Assembly (NCBI GenBank): GCA_964016885.1
Contig: OZ024745.1
Coordinates: 121,706,001 to 121,770,000 of the forward strand
DNA from: Eledone cirrhosa
Lineage: Eukaryota
Length of the DNA: 64,000 nucleotides
Reading direction: 5' to 3'
Shown here: positions 1 to 13,359 of the stretch, one piece after another
Position numbering within the stretch: the stretch's first letter is position 1
Layout of the letters: each line of letters opens with the position of its first letter
Program-made: the position numbers and the translations under genes
The notes under the pieces: model-generated
The model's input: only the letters and a program-made list of their open reading frames with translations
What the model was told of the DNA's origin: nothing
Database searches by the model: none

Positions 1-365
1 AACAGGCGAATCTCGCGAGGGCGCTTGGTTGTTCCAGCGCATTAGCTTCGCCATCACCCGAGGCAACGCTGCGAGTGTGCTGGTTTGCTTAAAAAATCAT
101 TTGAGGGGTTGTCCAGTACCCATCGCCGCTGTCTTTTGCTCTGGTCTTGACTCGGTTGTTCACCCCTTCCTTTATATTTTCTTTAATATTGTAACATGAA
201 AAGAATATATCTTTCTGAAAGAATCACGAGCAATTTATAATGTTATCTAAGCATTTGTAATGTTATTTATGAATATATTTAAAACATATTTGTTCTGTTA
301 TTCTACTGTAAATTTATTTATATGCTCTGTATAATAAAAAGTACCCTTTTTTTAATAGAAAAAAA
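1..365 (+). mobile_element. 3' end of a CRE-clade-like non-LTR retrotransposon (ORF C-terminus plus 3' UTR)
   Basis: Frame from base 2 reads TGESREGAWLFQRISFAITRGNAASVL, matching the FQRxSxxxxRGNA C-terminal motif of CRE elements; AATAAA and an A-rich tract follow. Confidence 0.7.
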
Positions 366-799
366 ACAACAAAAAACTATATGCATTATATAACCACTAA
401 TACTAGTAGTTATATATTGCTATATGTGGTACATACAGTCAACAATAATAGCCTACAGTTTACAAATATGTCTATATATAACGCAGGTACAACACCGATT
501 TTCCGGCAACTGATGGTACAGTACGTCTTTCAAATCGGACATAATTATGAGTAGATACATGAATTTCATGCGACCAACCAGAGTGTTTTACTGGGTGAAC
601 GCGGGTGTGCCATTTGCAACCAACTAAATGCCTAGACACCAACGGCTGAAATTCCGGTAAATTAAGGAAATTTATAGTCTATTTGTTTACATATGTACAG
701 TCACCGGAAATAACATCTGTGAACTATACAGCTCCATCTATCTGGTAGCTAGCTACCTCACCGTGAAACAAACAACCCTTAAAATCCAGAAGAATAAAA

Positions 800-1175
800 C
801 GCCTATGCAGCGGCTAAACATCAAACGATTATTTCTGTATAAATAGAGTGGTTCCAAACACTTTCACCAGTCGACTTTGGCAGAGTCAACCCGCGTATCG
901 TTGTTCCTCTCTTCTGCCACACTTGTCACTCACACACGCCTTGTACCTTGTATCGTCGCTTCATGTGAAAATAAATAGCTGATCGAAACTACATCTCTCG
1001 CCTTGCTCGTCCTTTCAACCTGTGCTTTTGTCTGTTCATCCGTACCGTATGTGACAACAGTTCTTTTAAGGGCTATCTTCAGATACGATCAGACCGTATG
1101 CGATAACAGCCCTTTTAAGGGCTATTCTCGGATCTGATCAGAAGTAGTGACCAGACTGACTAACCACGTCACTAC
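800..1175 (+). mobile_element. Possible LTR-like remnant
   Basis: TATAAATA near 838, AATAAA near 970, short internal direct repeat, ends CACTACA; no PBS or TSD seen. Confidence 0.3.
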
Positions 1176-1860
1176 ACATATATCTCTAGTTATGACATCC
1201 AAACACAATACAAGTATCAATGCGCTTGTACTATTACAATAGTGTAGCTAGGATGTAAGGAGAGTGTTTCCTCTCTCATAATGTGTTTTTTTTATTTTTA
1301 AAGCATGTATTTTTGTATATAAATAAGATTACAAATAATTAAAAAAGACAAAGAGAAGGGAAAGGAAAAGAAAAATCACCCATACAACAAAAGGCAGGCG
1401 AAAGGGGTGGATAAACGAACCGCTACCAGAGTAAAAGATAACAATATCGCGAGGAATGAATATACAAAGGTGTGTTGTAAAGGTTTCGTAGCGAAAAAAG
1501 TTAATTGTTTCTACTTTTGGCACAAGGCCAGCAATTACTTCAGCGCATTACAGGTGCTCTATTTTATCAACCCCGTAAGGATGAAAGGCAAAGTTAACCT
1601 CGGCGGGATCTCCTAGGAACTTATCCTGAATTATTGTTGCGTGGCATGTTAGTCCAACAAAAAGGATAACCAAAGGTGTCAAAAACCTGGTGGTGTACCT
1701 CTACATACAAATATCAGTAAGTAATAACAGTGTACGATTTGCAACATTGTACGATGAACAACCACATTTCTGAAGTTTCTGCTCATTTATTAATGAACAA
1801 ACGTAACAACTGAGTGAATTACACTTCAGTTTACGTTACAAAATGTTCCTTTATCTAATA

Positions 1861-2885
1861 CTAGCATTAAAGCCCGGCGTTGCTCGGGGTCAGTAAGTTA
1901 CCAAAGTTAGGTTACACCACCCATTTTATGGCAGCACTTTTTTGTCTGCCAGGCACTGGGTGAATGAATTGCAGACCTGGACTGCCGAAGCAGGAGCTGC
2001 GCCAGCAGTGACAATTGTAGTTTCGCCTATGGATATTATCTCTGTGCAAAGAAGTGTTGAAATTTATTGTTTCACAGTACTTGCGCAACACGCGCGTAGA
2101 CGATGCCAGCCGAACAACAGAGCTGCGATGGAGTTGTTCTGCATGGTTGTCTAATGTGTATTTTCTAAATTTAAGACAGTAGGGAGGGGTGTGATATGAG
2201 GGAGAGTTAGCTGCTGTTTCTAGCAGGTTTAGTGACCACATAGAGGATATTATTGTGTATAGTAAATGAACTGATACTTCTTTCTTCCATGTTCGTTGAT
2301 AGATGTTTTAAAAAAGATTTATCGCTATTTTTGTTGTTGTTGAATAAATTTATCTGTTGCTTTTGAATATGGGGGAGAGTTAGCTGCTGTTTCTAGCAGG
2401 TTTAGTGACCTCATAGAGTATATTATTGTGTATAGTAAATGAACTGATACTTCTTCCACGTTCGTTGATAGATGTTTTAAAAAAGATTTATCGCTATTTT
2501 TTTTGTTGTTGAATAAATTTATCTGTTGCTTTTGAATAATTGTTGTTTCGTATGAAATGTAATAAGTTCTCTTTGTCATTGAAGTAAATAAATGTTTGAC
2601 CGTTCCACACTCAAAAACAAACATTCTCTCTCTCTCTTAAAGTTTAAGTGGAGTAGAGACAGGATATCTGATTGTATTAGAGGGGTAAAGCGTCATGTAT
2701 TTAGTTTTATCGATTATTTCCGTATTTGTGGGTGAGTGTGAATGAAATAAATAGTCGTTGACCTAAGTTAGACCATTTACAACATTCTTACAGACTTTGA
2801 GTCGAATCGGTTTGAAATTGTGCAACTGTATAAACATGGAACATGCACACACACACAACAACATCAACAATTTGCCTTTTATAGA
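1861..2885 (-). mobile_element. Non-autonomous Helitron, copy 1
   Basis: Minus strand starts A|TC(TATAAAAGG) and ends CCCCGAGCAACGCCGGGctttaatgCTAG|T; near-identical to 2889-3901. Confidence 0.8.
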
Positions 2886-2888
2886 TAA

Positions 2889-3855
2889 CTAGCATTAAAG
2901 CCCGGCGTTGCTCGGGGTCAGTAAGTTACCAAAGTTAGGTTGCACCACCCATTTTTATGGCAGCACTTTTTTGTCTGCCAGGCACTGGGTGAATGAATTG
3001 CAGACCTGGACTGCCGAAGCAGGAGATGCGCCAGCAGTGACAATTGTAGTTTCGCCTATGGCTATTATCTCTGTGCAAAGAAGTGTTGAAATTTATTGTT
3101 TCACAGTACTTGCGCAACACGCGCGTAGACGATGCCAGCCGAACAACAGAGCTGCGATGGAATTGTTCTGCATGGTTGTCTGTGTGTTTTCTAAATTTAA
3201 GACAGTAGGGAGGGGTGTGATGTGGGGGAGAGTTAGCTGCTGTTTCTAGCAGGTTTAGTAACCTCATAGAGGATATGTGTTTTCTAAATTTAAGACAGTA
3301 GGGAGTGGTGTGATATGGGGGAGAGTTAGCTGCTGTTTCTAGCAGGTTTAGTGACCTCATAGAGTATATTATTGTGTATAGTAAATAAACTGATACTTCT
3401 TTCTTCCACGTTCGTTGAGAGATTTTAAAAAAGATTTATCGCTATTTTTTTTTGTTGTTGAATAAATTTATCTGTTGCTTTTGAATAATTGTTGTTTCGT
3501 ATGAAATGTAATAAGTTCTCTTTGTCATTGAAGTAAATAAATGTTTGACCGTTCCACACTCAAAAACAAACGTTCTCTCTCTCTCTTCGGCGTTCCTAAA
3601 GGAAGTTTGTAACCATGTATGTAGTTTTATTGAATTTTAAGGGGAGTAGATAGAGGTGATCAGATTCTATTAGAGGGGTAAAGCGTCATGTATTTAGTTT
3701 TATCGATTATTTCCGTATTTGTGGGTGAGTGTGAATGAAATAAATAGTCGTTAACCTAAGTTAGACCATTTACAACATTCTTACAGACTTTGAGTCGAAT
3801 CGGTTTGAAATTGTGCAAATGTATAAACATGGAACATGCACACACACACACACAC

Positions 3856-3887
<32 letters not shown>

Positions 3888-3901
3888 CTGCCTTTTATAG
3901 A
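2889..3901 (-). mobile_element. Non-autonomous Helitron, copy 2 (tandem with copy 1)
   Basis: Same TC and CTAG termini and subterminal GC-rich hairpin; internal subrepeats; (CA)n(CAA)n near the 5' end. Confidence 0.8.
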
Positions 3902-3909
3902 TAATCTAA

Positions 3910-4974
3910 TCTAATATATATTTGTGAAATGGGTGGTGGTTGAAATTCAGATGTGCACGGTTAAATGGTAGCAGACGTGGTCGGACTAACATGAAAATTT
4001 ACACACCTATGTAAAAAGTGCCAAGGAAGCAAATAGACGAGGTTTCAAATCTCTAACTTGAAAAATGTGGTCCCTGGGGCCCCAAAACTATCGCGTTCGG
4101 TGAGTTATTTCCTCCTGTTCTAATACTTTTGTCTTATTTACAATTTCATACACATTTTTAAACTCATCAACGTTCTTTCGCTGTTCACATACAGTACCAA
4201 TAATTTGAAAAATATTATTGAAAGTTTATTATAAAGAAGCAGTTTCAGGGAAAAAAATAGAAATATGCACTTGGGGGTGGACGGCGTACAATGAAAAGTG
4301 GATTACAATGTCAAAATAACAGAATGATTTTCCAACCCCGGAGTTTAAGAATGATGTAAATAAAATTGAAAACGAAAATGACAGAGTTTATTAAAATAGT
4401 AAAAGTAAATAGTGAAGATTTAGGCCAGTACATACGTATGCCCCGACGGACATACACATATATACGCACACACAAATACATACCCCCCACAATCACACAC
4501 GAACGTACACGCGTATGTATAAACCTTATGCAGTATTTTCACGCGTATGTATAAACCTTCTACAGTATTTTCACCAAACTTAAGACATAGGTTACTTATG
4601 TACTCCGGATGGTCATGGGCACTGTCATTTTTCGAGATATTGATTATAGGGCCCCCCGGCAGATAACCCCTTTAACCACTTCCTTGGAGTCGACTGAAGC
4701 ACTGCAGTGCAATGCAACAAAACGTCATAACTTCTGGAGTTCGCAACCGATTTTCACAAAACTTGACACATGGACTACGTTTCTCCTACAGATGAATGTG
4801 AACTCTCAGAATTGGCACATATTGGGTAGGGGACCCCTGGGGGCAGGAACCCCCTTTTGGAAAAAGCCGATGATTTTGTAAAAGTATAGTTTTCGAAGCA
4901 GCACTGAAGTATTGACATAAATGGTATACACAACTGCTATTTAATATCCGAGCAACGCCGGGTACCTCTGCTAG
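3910..4974 (+). mobile_element. Non-autonomous Helitron sharing its 5' end with the helicase-bearing copy
   Basis: TC start, 3' end CCGAGCAACGCCGGGtacctctgCTAG|T; about the first 200 bp recur at 4980-5160. Confidence 0.75.
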
Positions 4975-6064
4975 TGATGATATATTTGTGAAATGGGTGG
5001 TGGTTGAAATTCAGTTGTGCACAGTTAAATGGTAATAGACGTGGTCGGACGGACATGAAAATTTACACACCTATGTAAAAAGTGCCAAGGAAGCAAAAGT
5101 CTCTAACTTGAAAAATGTGGTCTCTAGGGCCCCAAAACGGTGAGTTATTTCCCCCTGTTTTCATTACAACGCCAATGTATACAATGAGGCCCTCATTGAT
5201 ATGGATAAACGTCTAAGATCTGTTGGAGTTGGCGGTGTATTAGAATTCGGTTTGCCACAACTTGTACATAAAGACGGTGCTTTAGATGTGGAATTCATGC
5301 TTGAGTTGAATTGCAACATCGAGGAATTGACAGATAAGGTTGCTCAAGATAAACCCAGACTTTTGCCTGAGCAGAGACGGGCGTATGACAGAATTCTTGC
5401 CAGTGTCATTTCAAATGAGGGACGGCTATTCTTCTTGGATGCTCCAAAACTTACTGCTTGCGAAGCTGCGGAAAGACAGGCAGATTGCTTCAGCGGTCGC
5501 CTCAAGTGGTATTGCGGCGACACTGTTACATGGCGGTCGTACGGCACACTCCGCATTCCAATTGCCTATGGACCTTGCAAAGAAGGAGAATCCTACCTGC
5601 AGAATAAATCGTGGAGACTCTAAAGGATACCTTCTTTCTGAATGCTGTTTAATCTTTTGGGACGAGGCTACAATGCGTCACAATGCAGCGTTTGAGGCTC
5701 TAGACCGAACTCTCAAGGACTTGCGTCGAAATTCACACGTAATGGGTGGAGCGACAGTACTGATGGTTGGCGATTTTCGGCAGACTCTTCCTGTAATCAC
5801 TAGAGGCAAGAGAACTGACGAAGTTAACGCATGCATCAAGTCTTCCTACCTATGGCAGTATGTCCAGAAACTAAACCTGACTACTAACATGAGAATGCAT
5901 GTGCATGGCGACGCAGAATCTGAGGATTTATCAAAACAGCTACTGGAAGTTGGTAATGGGACTACACCTGGAATCGATGAACAGCACATCCATCTGCCGT
6001 TTGGAAACTTTGTATCAAGCATAGATGAATTAATGTCATCTGTTTTCCCAGACCTAGAAGCACA

Positions 6065-9000
6065 AGGTCCCACGATGTCCACATGAATGTGCCGGAAACG
6101 GGCGTCCGGTGTACTGAACGTACCGAGCGGAGCCTTAACGTGCATCAAGTGATGCAGGAACGGTACCAAGCAGTAATATCGCGCCTCATATTTGGCCAGA
6201 AGAATCTGGCTGTTATGAGCTTTACTGTGGCAGAAAATCCTGGATGGGAAATGCTGTGTAAAGCAAGAAACACAGTACGACGATGGTTTAGCGGGACGAA
6301 TGGTCTCGTTGAATCCACGGAAACGTCGCAGAGAATCTGTCCGTCTGCGGTGGGCAATAGCAAGTATTTCAAATTACTCGTCGCAAATTCGGCTGCTGTA
6401 ATATCCAACGATTCTAGTGCAGGTTGGTCTGCTGCCAAGTGATTTAAATCGATGTCGTGGGATGACGCAATTGAACTGATCGGCAATCGAGACAGGGCGT
6501 CAGCCGCTGTGTTTAATGAACCTGGAATGTGTTGGATGTCGTTTGTGAATTGCGAGATAAAGTCGAGATGCCTTGTTTCTCGGGGCGAGTACTTGTCGGA
6601 CTTTGCTCTTAAAGCGAAGGTCAAAGGTTTATGGTCAATATAGATTGTAAAACACCTTCCTTCGAGCATATGTGAAAAATGTTTCACGGAAAGGTGGATG
6701 GCTAACAGCTCCCGGCCAAAGGTGCTGTAGCGAGTTTCTGCAGGCTTCAACTTCCTGGAGAAAAATTCCAATGGTTGTTGGTGATCGCCACTACTCTGTT
6801 GTAAGACTGCACCCACTGCAGTATCCGACGCATCAACACAAAACGAAAGCTTGGCATTGGACACTGGGTGGATCAGCAAAGATGCACTAGCCAATGCTGA
6901 TTTGGCTTTTTGAAAATCCTCGAGCTGAATCTGAGTCAAAGAGATGTCCTTATTTTTCTTGCGGCAATTTTTCAGAATCTCAGTAAGAGATAAGAGTAGA
7001 TTAGCACAATGCGGAACAAAACGTCTATAGAAATTTATCAGTCCTAGGAATTGTCGCAACTGACGAAGTGAGATCGGCGGAGGCAAATCCTCTATAGCCT
7101 GAACTCGTTGAGCGAGGGGTCGAATACCCTCGGAGTCAATGACATGACCTAAAAAATTCAGCGATTCCGCACCGAAAACACATTTTGTGGTATTTATTTG
7201 AACACTGTAATCCTTGAGTCGACAAAACAAAAGATTCAAATGACGTATGTGTTCTTCTCTGGAGGAACTAGCAATAAGCAGATCATCAATATAAGTGTAG
7301 ACGAAGTCTAAACCACGAGTGACCTCATCCATGAACCGTTGAAAGGTGCTAGCAGCATTCCTAAGTCCGAAAGGCATGGTAAAAAATTTGAATGATCCAA
7401 ATGGAGTCGTAATGGCCGTTTTCGGAATATCCTCTTTCTTGACAGGAATCTGATGATAGGCTCGCACCAAATCGAGCTTCGAGAATATTTTACATCCCTG
7501 CAATGACGATGCAAAATCTTGCAGGTGTGGAATAGGATATCTATCCGGGACAGTTATAGCATTTAACTTCCTATAATCCCCAGTGGGTCTCCAGTCGCCA
7601 GAAGTCTTGGGTACCATGTGCAACGGAGAAGCCCAAGGACTCGTAGAAGGGCAAATTATGCCTAGATGCAGCATGTGGTCGAACTCGGACCGTGCTGCCT
7701 TCAATTTGTCCGCAGGCAAGCGACGAGGACGTGAGAACACTGGGGCGCCAGTTGTAGAGATAAAATGCTCCGTTGTGTGAGTCGGTTCGACAACTCGAAA
7801 ATTTCCCTGAGTAAGCTGTGGGAAAGAATTCAACAATGCATGATAGGGATTCCCAGCATTAGCGATGAAAAAGGTCGGGCTAACTGTTGGAAAATTAGCT
7901 TTCTGGCCACGAAGAGAAAAACCAGTAATGTCATCTACTAGGCGTCGGCCATGGTCAATGCAAAATGGTCTAGAAAATACGCTCCCAAGATCAGATATGG
8001 TAGGTCAGCAACCGTAAAAATCCATTTGAATTCTCGTCGAAGATTTCTGAATTGCAAAGGAAGCGAGATTTGTCCAAAAGTCCGTATCGGCGAATGATTG
8101 ACAGCTTGTAGATTCATTGATGACTCAGGAGGAGTTACTGTCATACAATTGACAGGCCAAATACTGCACGAAGCTCCTGTGTCTACGAGGAAGGCTGTTC
8201 CAGACAGGAGGTCCTCTATGAAGAAATGGCAGTTCTGTTGTGTCTCGCAGAGTTCACTTGCCGCTTTTAGTGACTCTGGTCTACATTCACCGAAGCTGAA
8301 TATTTACATGGAGGCCGGCAATGTTTTGCCTTATCCGCGAAGGTGGTATGATACCAGAAAAATAATGGATTGCTGGCGGGCGAAGTAGTATGCTGACGTG
8401 GAGTCGCGAAAGAACGCGAACGACTCCTAGGCCGCCGGGAATACGGCCTATTCTCCCTGCATAATCGAGCGACTTTCTGCGTCAAAGCGTCAATAGCCTT
8501 CACCGACCATCGTCCGCCTAAAGTAATTCAACAATGCATGATAGGGATTCCCAACATTAGCGATGAAAAAGGTCGGGCTAACTGTTGGAAAATTAGCTTT
8601 CTGGCCACGAAAAGAAAAACCAGTAATGTCGTCTACTAGGCGTCCCCCGTCAATGCAAAATGGTGTAGAAAATCCGCTCCCAAGATCGGATATGGTAGGG
8701 CAGAAACCGTAAAAATCCATTTGAATTCTCGTCGAAGATTTCTGAATTGCAGAGGAAGCGAGATTTGTCCAAAAGTCTGTATCGGCGAATGATTGACAGC
8801 TTGTAGATTCATTGATGGAGGCCGGCAATGTTTTGTCTTATATTACTTTAGGCGGACGATGGTCGTCAGTCATCCCGTCTAATTGGATATTGTTTACTGG
8901 CACATAATCAAAGAAGGAATAAGGAACATACCTCAATTTTATGTTATAAAAACATTTTTTATATAGGAGCAATTACAGAATATATTCAAATACTTTAGTG

Positions 9001-9202
9001 CTCCTAGGTTGGGATATATTTAAGTCGTCGTATACTGCCGCATGGTGTGATGTCATCCTTTGGATCACTGCATAGAGATAGCACGTCTCTTTTCTCCGAG
9101 CTCTCATGGTCCAAGTGTTATTGTCTCAGCTACTGACGTCAGAACTAAGGGCAGTTAATCGACTGCATTGACAGTCGACGCTAGATGGCGTGATCTTCTA
9201 CA
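6065..9202 (-). mobile_element. Truncated Gypsy LTR retrotransposon (CsRn1-like): putative 5' LTR, gag end, protease, RT-RNaseH, start of integrase
   Basis: TGT start at 9202; gag WYHxxFxxKAxxCxxPC; protease FLVDTGAS; RT YIDD; RNaseH DAS...RELLAI...DHKPL; integrase cut at HIHVDIVGP. Confidence 0.88.
6145..7836 (-). pseudogene. pol: Gypsy pol fragment (reverse transcriptase, RNase H, integrase Zn-binding start), 563 uninterrupted codons
   Basis: [46 protein letters not shown] motifs. Confidence 0.92.
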
Positions 9203-11199
9203 CTTTGATCACAACTGGCTGCAAGAGAGAGCTATTTTAGCACCACATAATGCCACCGTTGACGCAATGAATCAACACCTGCTTGATCAGATTCCAGGAG
9301 GTGAAGTCTCCTTCAAGTCAATTGACACCAACAAAAACGCGGACGACGCCGTCAACTATCCGATTGAATTCCTCAACAGTCAACAACCTCCCGGACTTCC
9401 ACCCCATGACCTTAGACTGAATGTTGGTGTTCCAGTTATGCTGCTAAGAAACGTGGAACCACCAGAACTATGCAGCGGTACGCGTCTGATCATAAAAAAA
9501 ATTGGGACACGAATTCTGAGCGGACAAAGTTATTATCCCCCATAAGCCTTAGTCCCTCTGGCGTCAGTTTCCCGTAAAACTCTGCTTTGCAATGAGTATC
9601 AACAAGGCACAGGGACAGTCGCTGCAAGTAGTTGGCCTAAATCGGACACAGCAGGTATTTACCCACGGTCAACTATACGTCGGGTGCTCACGAGTCAACA
9701 GTCCACACAATCTCTACATCCGGGTAATACCATTTTTTTTCCCCTGATACTGCTTCTTTATAATAAACTTTCAATAATATTTTTCAAATTATTAACTTAG
9801 TAAAAAGTGGCCCCCGGTGCAACCGGGCTCAGCTGCTAGTGTTATATAATCTCTATTTCTTTCTTTTGCCGTTTCTTCAGCACTCCTGCCACTCAGAAGA
9901 CATGTCCTAACATATTCTTCGGGGCTGAATATGATAAAGGGGTCCCATCAAGTTACGCATTTGTAATGTTATTTATGTATATATTTGTAATGTTATTCAA
10001 CTGTAAATTTAAACGCTTAATAAGGTAAATAACCAGAATTATTGATGTGTTGAAAATGATCAATTTGAAATCGTACACGTTGTGGGTAACATGCAGGATT
10101 TCATGCCAGTGAAGTTTCTTTCACATTTGCTGTCAACACCGGAATTACGTTCAGCGCCCATCTCTTTAGACTTTTTGAAATTTTTGATACAGAATCAACC
10201 AGTTAAGCCAAATGTTCGTTGCTTCGTGAAAGCATTATTGTTATATAATGGATTGGCAGTATCGGTAGTTACGTCCCTTTACGATCTGAGTTCAAACCCC
10301 GCCGAGGTTGACTTTGCCTTTCATCCTTACGGGGTCGATAAAATAAAGTACCAGTAATGCACTGGGTAATTGCTGGCCTTGTGCCTAAAGTAGAAACAAT
10401 TATTGTTATATATATTTTCCCCCTCCACTGGATTTGATGCACCTCGAATTCTTTCTTCAATTCCAGCTTCCTCTCTTCAATACTTTCACATCTCACGATT
10501 TTTATTTTGTACTTTTATCGAATTTACTGTTTCTAATGTTTATACACATACAACACCCATCTTTTACACACAATTTCCCCGCTTTGGTACATCTCAAAAT
10601 TCCTTTTTCACTTTTAATTTCCTCTCTTCAATGTTTTAATGTTTCACTGCTCTATTTTTGCACTGTTTTTACAGTTATTGAATTTAATGTTTTAAATGTT
10701 TACACACACATTTCCCCACAAACACAGATTTCATTTTTTTGTTTTAGCTCGCCCCCAAATCTGCATGCGGTCCATGTACTCCTTTTAAATGCCCATCCGA
10801 GAGTCGGTTTTAAAAAATGCCACTATTTAGATTTAAATCGAAATTATTTTAAGGTCATGCGTTTAGTGACAAGGAGAGCCGCGTTGTTCAAGGATTTCGT
10901 TACATCCTATCAGATTTCGCCCCCCCCCCCTCCTTCATTCCAAGGGAGCTAACTTGCTTCCCCCTATCATTCCCATCATCGGATTCAGTCGAAATTAGCT
11001 CTATTCATCCACCCCACAACGGCTAGCTTGCCTCCAACGTCACCTTCCTCCCTTCCAAGTCGGAGTTAATGTTCACCCGGTTCCTCTCTCTATATCGTTA
11101 ACCTACGCCCATCTGAATCCTAATTCTAAGGTCTGCCAATTCACCACCAAACTGCGCTCTCTGCTCTCGACCAGTCAATACCTGCACCCTAAGCTACCT

Positions 11200-12035
11200 C
11201 AGGAGCTGCATTGGCATTACTAAGGTTCAAGCTGAAAGTTTCTCAAACTGGACATGAAACCAATGCCACTTCAGTTCCGATTCACTTTGCAGGTCAGAAC
11301 CTAACTCTGACGTTCAGATCTGTCGAGGATTTTGTCACTGCCCTCACGGACTTGTCTCTTTTGAAACCCATCAGGATCCCAAAGGGAGCTTGGTCCAGTT
11401 TCACCCGTGCTCTCTCCAAGCTGTTCTGTTCCCCTTAGTCCCTCTCCATGTGTCCAACACGAAATCTGTTTCTATCACATCTTTGCTAAAACAGCAGTTC
11501 GAATTGTTTGATTCAACCCCAAATACTGTTCATCTCAGTTCCAATCAATGAACGATTACTGAATTTAAAGGAAGCTGTCAATGCCAAATTCAATGAATTT
11601 GACATTAAAGGGGCTGTTTTCCTCCCTTTGATCCCTCACCCAGTCCACTACAGATTCACTAAACCGAGAGTGAAACATCCTCTGGATGACAGCTTACACT
11701 GGCCCAATCCACCAGGTTATTTGCAGCTGGTCTTCACCCCAGCTATCGTCAGGAAGGCGATATTTATTCCTGTGTGTTCTGGTGCAGGGATTGATGGTCT
11801 TTGACCTCAGCACTTCAAGAATGGTGTCTCCTTGTTGACTGGAGACGCTGGTCTAGAGCTCTTGGAGAATCTCACCCATTCCGTCAACCTGTTCTTGTCC
11901 GAGAATGTCCTCTCTTATATCCGCTCCCTGTTCTTTGGGGCTAAACTGTTTGGCCTCACAAAGCCCAATGGTGACCTCTGCCCCATAGCAGTTGGAAGCA
12001 CACTGTGATGGCTCACTGCAAAAGTATGTCAGTCC
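11200..12035 (+). mobile_element. Degenerate CRE-like non-LTR RT N-terminal fragment
   Basis: Frameshifted SGAGIDGL*PQH...FFGAKLFGLTKPNGDLCPIAVGSTL*WLTAK, matching RT domains 0-2 of the RPIAVG type. Confidence 0.7.
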
Positions 12036-12523
12036 TTGAGTTCAACATCTCCATTAAATTCATAATAACTAAGTCATTGTTATTTGTTGTCAAGGCAGTC
12101 TGCAAGAGAGCCCACACAGCACAGTGAAGGTGATCCCTTTAGGAGAGCAGTAAAGTTGAGTAAAAACAAATGCAGGACAGGGGGACACTTTAGTCTTGAT
12201 AAACAGCATTTCTAGTGCTGGTGGCAATATAAAATGTGCTCAGTATACATCAGTGGTGAAGGGTGACTTGAAAAGCAAGGCATGCAGGCCAATGGCCATG
12301 CAGACTTACTTCCTACCCTCTTCGGAAAATGATTTGCCCCTCTCATCTGTGAATGTGATAAAATGCACTTTTACAAACAGGCCATCCTTTGGGCTTGATA
12401 CCCCTTTCCACTGGACTTGATGCTCCCCACCCCCAATCAGTAATACCCTGGTTACGGGCCTGCCATAATGGCTGTTATTGGTTATGAGAAAATAAAACCT
12501 ACAAATAATGAGATATTTAAAAC

Positions 12524-12660
12524 TTATTTGTAAATCAATTCAATTCTTTGTTTCTTTTTGGCAAATTCATCAATCACTTTACTATAAAATGTATCAGCAC
12601 CATGCTCTACCTTCAACTTCTTCATGGAAATGAAGACCAAATTACTCAATTTCCCTTCAC
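12524..12660 (-). mobile_element. hAT transposase C-terminal remnant
   Basis: KLSNLVFISM...VIDEFAKKKQRIELIYK* resembles the end of the hAT dimerisation region. Confidence 0.5.
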
Positions 12661-12984
12661 TTCAAGAACACCTCATATAATTATTTACTCTCTTTAATGA
12701 ACAATGAATAAAACAATCTCTCATAGGAAGATGATGTGGCAGAACTGACGGTAGTAGTAGCAGTAGTGCTTATATTGATTTTTTTTTTTAAAGAGACACT
12801 TAAACCTCCTAACAAAGTCACAGCAGCAGTAGCAGTATTAACATATGTTCTTAGTATAGAATTACTTCTAAACACAACCACAAAGATATGGTCCGAACGT
12901 GGAAGAGCCAAACTCCCACTGTCATAGCCTCCATCTCTCTCACTCTCCCCATCTCTCTGTATGGTGAGCAAATGGGGCCCCACG

Positions 12985-13167
12985 TGCTAGCCTCCCCCAC
13001 AGCCCCAGTGGACAGAATGGAGAAGGCGTTTCCCCGGAGGATGGTAAGGGAGATGCGCTGGAAGAATCATTGCATCTCGCGAGGCTTACACCTGCGGCTG
13101 GCCAACTCAGCGCCTATGGTGGTGAGTAGGGAGGTAGCCCTAGGGCCAAGGACACCAGAAGTCTCCA
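12985..13167 (-). mobile_element. CRE-like non-LTR 3' ORF fragment
   Basis: ETSGVLGP...*FFQRISLTILRGNAFSIL. Confidence 0.7.
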
Positions 13168-13359
13168 ATGGTCAGAATCATTGTCAACCAAATGTTTTCA
13201 GAGCAATTACGGAACTCAGATAGTTCTGAGATTATTTTGTGTGTTTTGTCAAAGCTGTAATGAAATTGTTCCAATTGCAGCAGCTGGTGGTTGTTCATGA
13301 GTTCTTTTTATTTTTTTTTCAGTGAAAAAGGAACATTTTTATTAACAAATAAGTGTAAA

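Larger units (their letters stand above)
4980..9839 (+). mobile_element. Degenerate Helitron with PIF1-like helicase remnants, interrupted by a Gypsy element
   Basis: LFFLDAP, ASSGIAATLLHGGRTAHSAF, WDEATM, GDFRQTLPV, LTTNMR (5200-6064); WLQERAILAP, VMLLRN, FAMSINKAQGQSL, HGQLYV (9203-9720); 3' hairpin CCCGGTgcaACCGGG followed by CTAG|T. Confidence 0.9.

Noticed and set aside
1912-3360. Duplicated 70-141 aa ORFs
   Set aside because: They lie within non-autonomous Helitron copies, have no recognisable domain, and differ in frame ends between copies.
6055-9200. TAGAAG/CTTCTA short inverted ends suggesting a DNA transposon
   Set aside because: The right-hand motif is better read as the TGTAGAAG start of the Gypsy LTR and the left as helicase codons.
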